This document shows positions 20,031-29,387 of a stretch of 64,000 nt of DNA, in pieces. The DNA comes from Promethearchaeota archaeon. GTDB lineage: Archaea > Asgardarchaeota > Lokiarchaeia > Sigyniarchaeales > SOKP01. The first letter of the stretch is position 1, and each line of letters begins with the position of its first letter. Both the position numbers and the translations under genes were made by a program. The stretch is taken from contig JALGVJ010000002.1 in NCBI GenBank assembly GCA_029838195.1, positions 64,001 through 128,000 on the forward strand, given 5' to 3'. The notes under the pieces were generated by a model. That model made no database searches. It saw only the letters and a program-made list of their open reading frames with translations, and was not told where the DNA came from.

Positions 20031-20429
20031 ATGACCATCATAAGTTTATTAGTTCCGCTAGGTTTGTTTAAGAGCATTGAGGATTATTCAAAACTGATCA
20101 ATAATATCCTCAGGCATGAAATTACTTTGAACATTCTAAAATTTTCTATGGGCTCGACTGGTGTCAATTTATTAATCGATGTACCAGAAGATAAAATAAA
20201 AGAAATTACGGAAGATTTAAAGCAAAATAATATCGTTATAACCAGTAAAGGAAGGGTTTCTATTGATGAAGACAAATGCATTTTCTGCGGAGCATGCGTG
20301 AGCTTATGTCCAACGGATGCATTACATTTTGAAGCAGATGATTCAATAGCTTTTTCAAACCAGCAATGTATTGGATGCCTGCTCTGCATTGATTCATGCC
20401 CAAGACAAGCAATAAGCGAAAATCTTTAA
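20031..20429 (+). CDS. NIL-domain 2x[4Fe-4S] ferredoxin (MA1822-like partner)
   Basis: Two CxxCxxCxxxCP motifs after an N-terminal NIL-like domain; abuts the DUF39 gene. Confidence 0.88.
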   Translation: MTIISLLVPLGLFKSIEDYSKLINNILRHEITLNILKFSMGSTGVNLLIDVPEDKIKEITEDLKQNNIVITSKGRVSIDEDKCIFCGACVSLCPTDALHFEADDSIAFSNQQCIGCLLCIDSCPRQAISENL

Positions 20430-20718
20430 TCTTTTTCATGTAAATTTTTAAATAATTTTTTATTTTTTTTTTTGGATTTTTTCTACATTCATTTTCCACG
20501 TGTTTAAAAAGATCATTAATAAATCAGAGACAATCTCTTTATCCCTTTTTTATCTACTTAAAAAAAATTTAAAGTATTTGAGAACCTTCTCGATTATTTA
20601 CAGAAAATGAGAAAGAAAGTAATAACATGCCAAATACTCTAATTAAAAGAAAAATTTAAGTAAACATGTTGCCATACCTTGTTTTTTTTTAAATAGGAGG
20701 ATTATATGATGGTTAATT

Positions 20719-21744
20719 TTATTGATTCGTAATGATATTAAAAATCTCTTCAATCCTGGGTGTTTTTCTACGCAAGGTAATGCATCGCTTCTCTTCACAC
20801 CCTCTTAAAATTGCAATTAATTCATTAAGATGAATGGTTGGAATATCCAAATCATTATCATTAAATAAATTTTTCATGTCTTCCCTAAATTCCGGTTTAC
20901 TCAAGGTATATAAGCATGTCGGGCACGGCATTAATAGGAAATCAGCACCAACATTCTCCGCACTTTTTAATTTTCTATAAGTGATTTTTAAAGCATCGTT
21001 TTTATGAAGAACGATCTGACTTGCACCCCAACCACAGCAACTCTCACGTTCTTGATAATCTACTGGAATTCCACCAAACAATTCAACCAATTCCTCTAAT
21101 TTGGTTTTATCTTTAAAATATTCCTCACGTAATCCATTTTTTGTACGTTTATCCCTCTCCAGATTTAAGTAATGACATCCATAATGAACTGCGACTTTAA
21201 GACCTCTTAAATCAAATTTTAATGTATTTAAAACATCATTCCTAATTAGATAAATAAAATCCAAATCATGAATTATTTTTAAAGGAGGATTCTCTAAAAT
21301 CTGATATTGTCCTGAATAAAGCTCTCCGCCCATTTCTTTTTTAACTTCTTCTAGTATTTTCTCGGTTTTTTTTCTCACTTCAGGCGTATCCAAAAAATCC
21401 CGCCCTCTTAATAAAGAATTATAGCAACCATTGCAACTAACTAATAAAATATCTGCCTCATGAGCTATTTCAATTAAATTACGTTCATTAATCGCTGCGA
21501 ACTGAGCACGAGTAATTAAATTTCTTTGGAAAAATGTTCCCGCACAGCAAGAATTTTCGCAAGATACTACTGATAAATTCAACTCTTCTAAGAGGTCTTC
21601 CATTCCAAAACGTACGCCGGGGAAATATTTTTCCAAACAAGCTTTAAATAAGCAAATTTTTTTTCCTTTGAAAAATTCCAAGGGATGACCCCCATATTCT
21701 TTTTCTATCGCTTTTACATCCAAAACTAATTCATTACCCGGCAT
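20719..21744 (-). CDS. hdrB: Heterodisulfide reductase subunit B-like (CCG domains)
   Basis: 'SCCAG', 'SCNGC', 'VAVHYGCH', 'SCCGWG', 'PCPTC'. Confidence 0.85.
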   Translation of the reverse strand: MPGNELVLDVKAIEKEYGGHPLEFFKGKKICLFKACLEKYFPGVRFGMEDLLEELNLSVVSCENSCCAGTFFQRNLITRAQFAAINERNLIEIAHEADILLVSCNGCYNSLLRGRDFLDTPEVRKKTEKILEEVKKEMGGELYSGQYQILENPPLKIIHDLDFIYLIRNDVLNTLKFDLRGLKVAVHYGCHYLNLERDKRTKNGLREEYFKDKTKLEELVELFGGIPVDYQERESCCGWGASQIVLHKNDALKITYRKLKSAENVGADFLLMPCPTCLYTLSKPEFREDMKNLFNDNDLDIPTIHLNELIAILRGCEEKRCITLRRKTPRIEEIFNIITNQ

Positions 21745-21779
21745 GATTTTAATAAAAAATTCTATTTAATCCGTATTTT

Positions 21780-22319
21780 TTATTTTTTTTTATTTTCCTT
21801 ACCTGTGTTTTTCTTTTTAGCCTTGAAAACATATTTTATTCGGGCAAAATCACATATTTTATCTATTTCTTTAATTCTTCGCTCAGATAATGTCGCTTCT
21901 AAAGGTTCTACCAAAACCGTCCCATTAGTAAGAAAATTATTCGCCATTTCTACATATTTCGTGAGATCATTGTATTTTGGGCCGTACCCCCTTTTAAAAG
22001 ATTCATTCCTCAAGTTCAAGATTAAAAGAGGAATGTCTATTCCCTCTCTTGGACATACTCTTTTACATTGTTCACATAAAAAACAGTACCATATCTCCGG
22101 ATCTTTTAAAACGCTTTTATCGCCTTTTAAAATTTTTGTAATGATTTTTCGTATATTATAATTTGAAATCTTAGTAGCAGGGCAATTTCCGACACAGCGT
22201 CCACAAGAGATGCATGCTCGTATGTTCCTATTATCCTCTACATCTTTTACCAGTTCATTATAAAAATCGTAGTTCCATTCTTCTTCTGAATAATTTTCCA
22301 TGATTATACTCGTTTTCAT
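21780..22319 (-). CDS. hdrC: Heterodisulfide reductase subunit C-like Fe-S protein
   Basis: 'CISCGRCVGNCP' and 'IWYCFLCEQCKRVCPR'; directly upstream of the hdrB-like gene (start may be at 22301). Confidence 0.85.
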   Translation of the reverse strand: MKTSIIMENYSEEEWNYDFYNELVKDVEDNRNIRACISCGRCVGNCPATKISNYNIRKIITKILKGDKSVLKDPEIWYCFLCEQCKRVCPREGIDIPLLILNLRNESFKRGYGPKYNDLTKYVEMANNFLTNGTVLVEPLEATLSERRIKEIDKICDFARIKYVFKAKKKNTGKENKKK

Positions 22320-22579
22320 GTCATGAGAAAAAATTTCTTTTTCAATGTAGAAACATAGTTCATGGTAAAAAAAATCTTATATTTTACTTTAAAAAAGAAA
22401 AATAAATCGTGATTAATCCTGATAAATTAATTGAGTTTTGAATTTTTATTTTTTAAAAATTCCTCCAAAAAAGGATAAAATTAAACTTGGTAAATGCAAC
22501 CTTTTATCATACATGTTATTTTTGGATAATAGAAAAAATTTCAATTATTTCGCCTAAGAAATTAAAATTATAAACAAGC

Positions 22580-22837
22580 TCATTTTAATAGCGATCTCAA
22601 GCAAACTTTTATTAATTGTCGTTGAGCATTACAATAATTTAGTCTTTGTTGCGGATTAAGGTCATGTCCTCTTACTATGAACTCTTGCGTTTTTTTTAGA
22701 AGATATAACCGTTCGTTTCTATCTAATTTTTCAGCATTTTGGAGTTTTAAAAATAAATTTTTAAACTCTTCTGAATTTATGGCAGAGTTCTTTAGTGCAG
22801 ATTGGCTTTCTAATTCCTTAGTTCTTGGAACTATCAT
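22580..22837 (-). CDS. Small hypothetical helical protein
   Basis: 85-aa ORF with plausible composition, flanked by AT-rich intergenic DNA. Confidence 0.45.
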   Translation of the reverse strand: MIVPRTKELESQSALKNSAINSEEFKNLFLKLQNAEKLDRNERLYLLKKTQEFIVRGHDLNPQQRLNYCNAQRQLIKVCLRSLLK

Positions 22838-23019
22838 GAGAGTAAGCTATAAACGAGAGTTAGTTATCATTTCAAACAAATATATTCTCGTATTTTACAA
22901 ATAATATTTCTTTTTTTAATGAAAATAATATCCCGATATTATCATTAGATAGCTTCTTAGTTTTTCATTAATCGAGTTCATGAAAAAATCTTATAATTTA
23001 AAATGATGATTTCTTATTT

Positions 23020-23757
23020 TCATGGATCAAAAAGATATCCTCCACTTATCACGTTCGAAGGTTCTACAATTTCTCCTTTTAATGTAACCCGCGTGGCGTT
23101 AATTTTAAAATTTATAGCCGTTTTTATCTCTTCCACGATTATTACTCTACCATAAACAAATTCAAAAGCTTTTAAATAGAGGGGGTCAAATTCAATCAAA
23201 TCCATGGCTTTACCTAAAATTTTTCCATTTGCCTTGATGACCATGTCCAAAGGATAAGTTTTAAGGTCTTTAAGAGGTAAAAAATAGCACCGATTTAACC
23301 TATTCTTTTTTAGAAAATTCAAACATTCTTGAGCAACACGTAAATCATCGACGATAATATGGTTTAATTTATCCCCTGCAGCAGCTTTTAATGCTTGTTT
23401 ATATTTAATATCATGAGAAAATAAACCGGCAACAGTTCCATGAATTTTTCCGTGAATATGGTATTTTACTTTAAGCTCCGGAACCTTTTCTAATTCAAGC
23501 AAGGCATCAATCGGATTCAATAACTTATCATTGATTATATTCGCATGGTTTAAATCCTGATGGAATTCATGATTTTCAAGGAAGAGCGGAATTTTTCTTA
23601 AATTTAATGTTTTTTCTAACCTTTGTTGTTCACTTTTTAATAGATTCAAATTCTCTTTCTTTAAATCTAAGAATGGAATGATATGGGTCATTCCTTTCCA
23701 CTCATGACATGAATCTCTTCTTGAATTATATTCTTGAGCATTTTCTTGAAAGGTCAT
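23020..23757 (-). CDS. Stand-alone SMC hinge-domain protein
   Basis: 'IHGTVAGL', 'AAGDKLNHIIVDD', 'FLPL', 'AFEFVYGRVIIVE', 'RVTLKGEIVEPSNVISGG'; no Walker A/B head. Confidence 0.8.
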   Translation of the reverse strand: MTFQENAQEYNSRRDSCHEWKGMTHIIPFLDLKKENLNLLKSEQQRLEKTLNLRKIPLFLENHEFHQDLNHANIINDKLLNPIDALLELEKVPELKVKYHIHGKIHGTVAGLFSHDIKYKQALKAAAGDKLNHIIVDDLRVAQECLNFLKKNRLNRCYFLPLKDLKTYPLDMVIKANGKILGKAMDLIEFDPLYLKAFEFVYGRVIIVEEIKTAINFKINATRVTLKGEIVEPSNVISGGYLFDP

Positions 23758-24018
23758 TTTTAGTCACTAATTAATTCTTAAATAAACCGATTTAATTTAA
23801 ACTGAAATAAAAAATCGTTTTTATGATTGCAAGATCTTTTTTTCTAATTAAAGAAAATAATATTCACGTGATATGGAACTCGTACCGCAAAAAAATTTTT
23901 TATTTTTATACTTAGAAGAATAAAAGAAAATTATCAAAAAAGGAGAGAAATTTAAATGATAGCATCATTCTTAAACTTTTAAAATCTAAATATTTAATAC
24001 AAGCATGATTTTAATGAG

Positions 24019-24930
24019 TTAAAGATTTAATGCCTCCCTTGATAAGATTTCAATTACCGCCTTCCACGTTTCTTCAACACTCCACGGATTATTATTTTTT
24101 ATTTTTTCTGAAATGTCCATAAATAATTTTTTTACCTTCATGCTTTCAAAATAATTAATCTTGGGTGCCAATAAAGTTAACATGTACTGTTGCTGTTTTC
24201 CTCTTTTTTTTGGATCGACGCATGAATCAAAAAGCATGTAACACATCTTTCCAATTTTTTCAATGTTTATTAAAATTCCCTCGGGTTTCGTGATTTTTTC
24301 CTGGCCAAAAAGGAAAACGGACGTCTGAAATAGTTGAATTCCCATATTTTCAATAAATTCTTTATTTTCTTCTCTTATAGGATACCACCAATTTAATTGA
24401 GGGCCGTATACATCGTCCCAATGCATCATGAATAGGAGGATATCCTCTTTCTTATCTTCCTTTTGCAAGGAAGGTTTCACGACCTCTTTTAATTTTTCGA
24501 TCGATTCATTCACGTTTTTTTTGATAATTTCTGATCTTTTGACCTTGTTAAGTTTTCCATTAATAACTGCCAAAAGGTCCTTTCCTTTAAAAGGTTTCAC
24601 GATATAATCGTCAACTCCAAGTAATTTACCGAATCGAATCTCCTCTTTCGAGGATTTTGCCGTTAAAAAAAGAAACGGGATGTGAAACCATTGAGGATTG
24701 TTCGAAACTTCCTTGAAAAATTCATATCCATTCATTTCAGGCATGATGATATCACTAATGATTAGATCAGGTAAAGTAGGAGAATTTTCTAAAATTTTTA
24801 TTGCCCTTTTTCCATTAATTGCCCTGATAACTCTAAATCTATTAGTTTCTAACATTAATTGCAGATTATCGAGGAGCTCTTGATTATCATCCACTATTAA
24901 AATTAAAGATTTACTTCTTCTTCTTCCCAT
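24019..24930 (-). CDS. Response regulator receiver fused to a longin/uDENN-like C-terminal domain
   Basis: 'LIVDD', 'PDLIISDIIMPEMNG', 'FLTA', 'YIVKPF'; C-terminal 'FMMHWDDVYGPQLNWWYP'. Confidence 0.8.
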   Translation of the reverse strand: MGRRRSKSLILIVDDNQELLDNLQLMLETNRFRVIRAINGKRAIKILENSPTLPDLIISDIIMPEMNGYEFFKEVSNNPQWFHIPFLFLTAKSSKEEIRFGKLLGVDDYIVKPFKGKDLLAVINGKLNKVKRSEIIKKNVNESIEKLKEVVKPSLQKEDKKEDILLFMMHWDDVYGPQLNWWYPIREENKEFIENMGIQLFQTSVFLFGQEKITKPEGILINIEKIGKMCYMLFDSCVDPKKRGKQQQYMLTLLAPKINYFESMKVKKLFMDISEKIKNNNPWSVEETWKAVIEILSREALNL

Positions 24931-25231
24931 ACAACCTTCCCATTAGTTAAAAAAGCCTCTCATGAATTTAAATTTATATGAGTAAATGATCAAAAAAAAT
25001 TTTAACTATCATGGTGGGTCATTATTTACTAAATTTTAAGTAAGCATTCCGAGTTTTCAATTACCTTTAAATAGTTGGAGAATGAATAAAAAATTCCGAA
25101 TAGTTAATTAAGAGCTCATGGTTGAATTTTATACTTGAAAGAGAGAATTGATTTTACTATTCCTGAAAATATCTTGGCAACCAATTTAAAAACAATTGAT
25201 TCAAGGAAAAAAATCAAATTAAACAAATTTG

Positions 25232-25759
25232 TTAATAAATGGTGGTGTTTTGAAACACGGTAAATATTGTCGATTTTTGAATGGTATAGTTAATATTTGA
25301 TGGTATGAGCTCTTGAATGCTTCCAATGAGTTTTATTATCTTTTCTCCCAGATCATTTTTCTTTTCTTCCAATTGGGGGTCATATTTGTGCAATAAAATG
25401 GAAAATTTCAGCGATACGTTTTCCCTTTTAATTATTTGAATGATGTTTCGTAAGAACTCCAAGGCAAGCTCATATCTATCGATATCTTGGACGTCTATCA
25501 GATACATTATCTTATTAGCGCCTTGAAGATGGTGTTTTAAGTTCTCTAAATGATTTTTTCTATAGGTTTCTTGCCCTCCAAAATCAAGAATAATATAGAT
25601 GTCCTCCTTGATCTTAACCTTTCGCATTTCCGTGCCTTTAGTAGGTGTGAGTTCGTCCAAAAGCGATAATAAATTTTTTCCCATTAAACTAAAAATCAAA
25701 GACGTTTTACCGCAATTATCTAAACCCAAAATCAAGATCTTTTTCGGTTCTTTTTCCAT
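25232..25759 (-). CDS. Small Ras-superfamily GTPase (Arf/Rag-like, Asgard type)
   Basis: G1 'GLDNCGKTS', G2 'PTKG', G3 'DFGGQ', G4 'HKYD', G5 'STI'. Confidence 0.9.
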   Translation of the reverse strand: MEKEPKKILILGLDNCGKTSLIFSLMGKNLLSLLDELTPTKGTEMRKVKIKEDIYIILDFGGQETYRKNHLENLKHHLQGANKIMYLIDVQDIDRYELALEFLRNIIQIIKRENVSLKFSILLHKYDPQLEEKKNDLGEKIIKLIGSIQELIPSNINYTIQKSTIFTVFQNTTIY

Positions 25760-25797
25760 GGAATTTCCTTATCTTTTCAATTGTTCATGAACTCATT

Positions 25798-26133
25798 TTA
25801 TAACAAGAGATCTTCAAGATCGCGCTTGCTTCTTTCCCATAATTCATTTTTTTCGATATCATCAATGAATGCTTGCAAAATCGCTAATAACTTGAAAATG
25901 TCGTCATTTTTAATGAAATAGTAATTGATATTATTTACTTTTTTGTAATCTATTAACTGATTTTCTCGAAGCATTTTTAATTGCTGGGAAATCGTTGACT
26001 GAGACTTATTCAAAATTTCTTGAATCTCTGCAGATGTCCTTTCTTTTTCTTTTAACAAGTTTAAAATATCCAACCGAGTATTATCCGCTAAAAGGTTTAA
26101 TAAATTTATCAATTTGTTGTATTGTGAGTTCAT
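25798..26133 (-). CDS. ArsR/SmtB family transcriptional regulator
   Basis: 'LADNTRLDILNLL', 'SQSTISQQLKML'; no Cys. Confidence 0.88.
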   Translation of the reverse strand: MNSQYNKLINLLNLLADNTRLDILNLLKEKERTSAEIQEILNKSQSTISQQLKMLRENQLIDYKKVNNINYYFIKNDDIFKLLAILQAFIDDIEKNELWERSKRDLEDLLL

Positions 26134-26286
26134 TTAAAATCTTAAATGTATTAGCTATTTTTATTAATTTAATGTTTTCCCTTATAATTCATTTATATTA
26201 ACATCCATTTTTGAAGATACAAAAGTTTAAATAGAAATGTATCTTAATTATTATTTGAGTACCGTTATATGCCGATATGTCCATAT

Positions 26287-26347
26287 GCAAAATGATCGAT
26301 ATCTTATAAAATTTTTGAAGCCGCAAAATGATCGATATCTTATAAAA
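26287..26347. repeat. Perfect 25-bp direct repeat GCAAAATGATCGATATCTTATAAAA x2, possible operator pair
   Basis: Copies at 26287-26311 and 26323-26347 (36-bp period), between divergent ArsR and Lrp genes. Confidence 0.85.
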
Positions 26348-26379
26348 AATAAAAAAATTAGAAAATTAGGCCATAAAGA

Positions 26380-26883
26380 ATGGTAACAGAAGTTTTAAAA
26401 ATTGATGAGGTAGATAAAAAAATCATTCAAATTGTTCAAGAACAACCTCATCTCACTCATACAGAAATTGCTTCACGGGTAAATCGTTCTCAGCCCACTG
26501 TTGGAATGCGTATTAAAAGATTAGAGGAGACGGGTGTTTTAAAATATCAAGCCGGAATAAATATTAAATCGACGGAATTATATTATGCGAGAGTAGAAAT
26601 TGAAACAAATCATCCTGATATATTTTTAAAGAAAATTAGCACGTGTCCTTTCATGTTAAATGCTTTTAAACTAAATGGTGTTAAAAATTTAAGTATCATA
26701 ATCGCAAGTTTCAATCTTGAAAATTTAGATAAGATCGTAAATTACCATTTTCGAAATAATCCCGATGTCATATCCTTAAGATACGACATTATCGTGGATG
26801 TCTTACGTGATTTTGTTTTACCTTTTAATTTTACCCTAGATCATTGTGAATGCCCATTAAAAAGCAATTGTCTTAATCCTTGA
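26380..26883 (+). CDS. Lrp/AsnC family transcriptional regulator
   Basis: 'DEVDKKII...EIASRVNRSQPTVGMRIKRLEETG'; C-terminal 'CECP...C'. Confidence 0.9.
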   Translation: MVTEVLKIDEVDKKIIQIVQEQPHLTHTEIASRVNRSQPTVGMRIKRLEETGVLKYQAGINIKSTELYYARVEIETNHPDIFLKKISTCPFMLNAFKLNGVKNLSIIIASFNLENLDKIVNYHFRNNPDVISLRYDIIVDVLRDFVLPFNFTLDHCECPLKSNCLNP

Positions 26884-27137
26884 ACGGGCAAATTTTAGTT
26901 AGACACTAAAAAATATCAAATCATCAATTTTTTTCCATTAAAATTAATATTATTGTGGTAACGGGGAAAAGACCCCTTATATCAAAATCGATTTTATGAA
27001 TTGAAATCGTTAATTTATTTTATCTAAAAATGCATGAATTAATACTTTATATAGGAAAAAAAAGCGAGTATTATTAAAAGAGAAAATGTTAAAAAAATAA
27101 TAAATTATTGAATAATACTCTATTTTCGAAGGCAATT

Positions 27138-27788
27138 TTAGAAGTTTTGGGCAACCCATTCTTCAAATTTTATTTTTCTCAACTGTTCTGCCCATAGAGA
27201 TTTAATGTTTGGAACATTTGGAAGTAAATTTTCTTCCTTGAGGAAGTCGTGAAGTTTTTCCATGGTTTTTTCTAACAATATTTCTTGTAAGGGAACATTA
27301 AATTTCGAAAATAATTTTAATTTTGCATCAATTTCCTTTTTGGACTCTTTAATTATTTTTATCCAATTTTTTGCTAATATTGTAGTAATCTCCTCAATGT
27401 CTCGAATTTGTTCCATGAAAAAAATGGGAAACGTGAGGTGATATTTCGACCCTTCCTTTTTTATTAATTTATACCATTCCAAAATTAATAAATGATTTTC
27501 GATCGTTTCTCTTGTCCATTGAAATTTCACGTTAGGAATGAATTCTTCGGCAGATACCAATAAGGGGGCAGGAGAAAAATTTAGATGCTCATGGATCTCT
27601 TCCATGGAACTTACTCCATTTTTAGCCAAATAAATTAATATTTCTCTCCTAACCTTATTTTCTAAGATCCAGGGTATTTCTCCCTCATCCCACGGCTTTC
27701 CCTTATCAAAATCAAACCATGGCTGGATTTCATCGACCCGAATATTTCCAACAAAACGAAATTGATTATATTTGCTGGTTTCTTTCAT
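27138..27788 (-). CDS. Winged-helix (ArsR-like) domain protein
   Basis: 'LENKVRREILIYLA', 'TIENHLLILEWYKLI..EGSKYHL'. Confidence 0.6.
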   Translation of the reverse strand: MKETSKYNQFRFVGNIRVDEIQPWFDFDKGKPWDEGEIPWILENKVRREILIYLAKNGVSSMEEIHEHLNFSPAPLLVSAEEFIPNVKFQWTRETIENHLLILEWYKLIKKEGSKYHLTFPIFFMEQIRDIEEITTILAKNWIKIIKESKKEIDAKLKLFSKFNVPLQEILLEKTMEKLHDFLKEENLLPNVPNIKSLWAEQLRKIKFEEWVAQNF

Positions 27789-27832
27789 AGCATGTTTATT
27801 TTAAGCTAAAAAAAATATAATTATCTGATTTT

Positions 27833-28345
27833 TTACAGCACTTCAAGAATTGCATCAATATCTAACCAGCCCTTTTTGGCATGAATGATCTTACCCTTTT
27901 CATCAATGACAAATTGGCCTGGTTCTTGTTTTTCATAACCCTCATATTCTCCATGCTCAATTCCAAGCTTTTTAGCCTCTTTTAACCGCTTGGGAACTTT
28001 CGCAATGGTCTTAATCCCCATCATGCCTAAGCCATACTGTGTATAAAGCTCTTCTTTTGGAGAAAAAATAACGGGAAAATCCACATTTCTCTCTTCAATA
28101 AATTTACGTGCCACCTTTTCTCCAGATTGCGTAACGTATAATATCGTTGCTCCTTTATTTTTTATCTCATCTTGGCGTTCTAATAAAATATTCCAGTCCA
28201 TTTGGCAGATTGGACATCCAAAATATCTCGAAAAGATCAAAACTATCTTTTTATTTCCAATTAATTTTTCCAAGTCCACTAGTCCCTTGTTATAGGAAGT
28301 CAATTTAAACCGGGGAGCATCGGCTCCCTCTTTTATATCTCCCAT
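27833..28345 (-). CDS. Peroxiredoxin-like AhpC/TSA (redoxin) protein
   Basis: 'APRFKL', 'FSRYFGCPIC', 'QFVIDEKGKI'. Confidence 0.88.
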   Translation of the reverse strand: MGDIKEGADAPRFKLTSYNKGLVDLEKLIGNKKIVLIFSRYFGCPICQMDWNILLERQDEIKNKGATILYVTQSGEKVARKFIEERNVDFPVIFSPKEELYTQYGLGMMGIKTIAKVPKRLKEAKKLGIEHGEYEGYEKQEPGQFVIDEKGKIIHAKKGWLDIDAILEVL

Positions 28346-28406
28346 CGATTCATCACGTGTCTCTTCTTATATTTTATTTTAAATTATATTAATTAAAAAT
28401 TCATGA

Positions 28407-29387
28407 TTATTTAAATGGATTTTGAGTTTCTTCCTCTAACATGGCTTCCACTAACACATCCGTAGCTTCCGCTTCAGTTAGCCCCCTAGCCATGAGTTCA
28501 TTTAACCATTTCTCGGGAAATCTCCCTAAAGAAGCTTCGTGAGATACGCTCGAAGTCGGGTCTATCGCTCGAATGAAAGGACGAGCCCTACATTTTGAGC
28601 CTTTTCCTAACACGATCTCACTGCATTCCACGTGCCCATTACAATAGGGTGCATTAGCTTCCGTGATTCCCTGCATGAGCACCTCTCCTCCATCCTTAGC
28701 GGCAGCTTTCATTTTTATTACACTTCGTGCTTTTATTCCTTCAAGGAAAATTGCATCCCGAATTCGTATGGAATCATTTTTGGTTTTTCCAAAAGCTTTT
28801 ATGTTAGATCGAATGATTGAATTTTCCATTGCATAGATATCAATGTTTATTTTTACTTTACCCGTAGTACCCCGTGTCAATGTGAAATTATTTTCAAAAA
28901 CACTATTTTCTCCCACGTACATGTAGGCCACTGGCGCTACTAATGCACCACTTTTCTCGCCATGATAATGCGTTTCACTATATGTGAAATCACAGTTGTT
29001 TCCAATGTAAAAATGACCAAACATCTTGTGAATTAACCCATCTGCATTAGGAAAACTACAATGTGCTTGAATAATGACCTTTGTATTATCCTCTGCAATA
29101 ATTCGGGGGAAAATCTCTTGAATCCCCGATTCTTTTTGAACACCGAAGCATAAATGAACGGGATCCTCAAGCTTAGTTCCTTCCTTTATGATCACGTCAG
29201 CAACAATTCCATTTTCTATTTCTCTTCCTTTTAATATGATCCCATCTACTTGTTCCATGGCCCGAATCCTGTTAAAATCTAATAATAATTTAGCTCCCCT
29301 CCCATGTCCGGGCATAAAATCCCTAATATCAATGTTATAATCTTCTAAACTTTCTAATATCTTTTCTGGATATTCCGAATTTGACAT
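28407..29387 (-). CDS. sufB: SufB/SufD family Fe-S assembly protein (SmsB-like)
   Basis: 'PVHLCFG', 'AHCSFP', 'GHVECSEI', 'HEASLG', 'LMARGLTE'. Confidence 0.9.
   Translation of the reverse strand: MSNSEYPEKILESLEDYNIDIRDFMPGHGRGAKLLLDFNRIRAMEQVDGIILKGREIENGIVADVIIKEGTKLEDPVHLCFGVQKESGIQEIFPRIIAEDNTKVIIQAHCSFPNADGLIHKMFGHFYIGNNCDFTYSETHYHGEKSGALVAPVAYMYVGENSVFENNFTLTRGTTGKVKINIDIYAMENSIIRSNIKAFGKTKNDSIRIRDAIFLEGIKARSVIKMKAAAKDGGEVLMQGITEANAPYCNGHVECSEIVLGKGSKCRARPFIRAIDPTSSVSHEASLGRFPEKWLNELMARGLTEAEATDVLVEAMLEEETQNPFK

Noticed and set aside
26287-26347. 25-bp direct repeat as a mini CRISPR array
   Set aside because: Only two copies, an 11-bp spacer, and no cas genes in the window
20719-28345. 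Selenoproteins (UGA readthrough) among the Hdr and peroxiredoxin-like genes
   Set aside because: The Cys motifs are complete within ordinary ORFs; I saw no in-frame TGA at a catalytic position and no convincing SECIS
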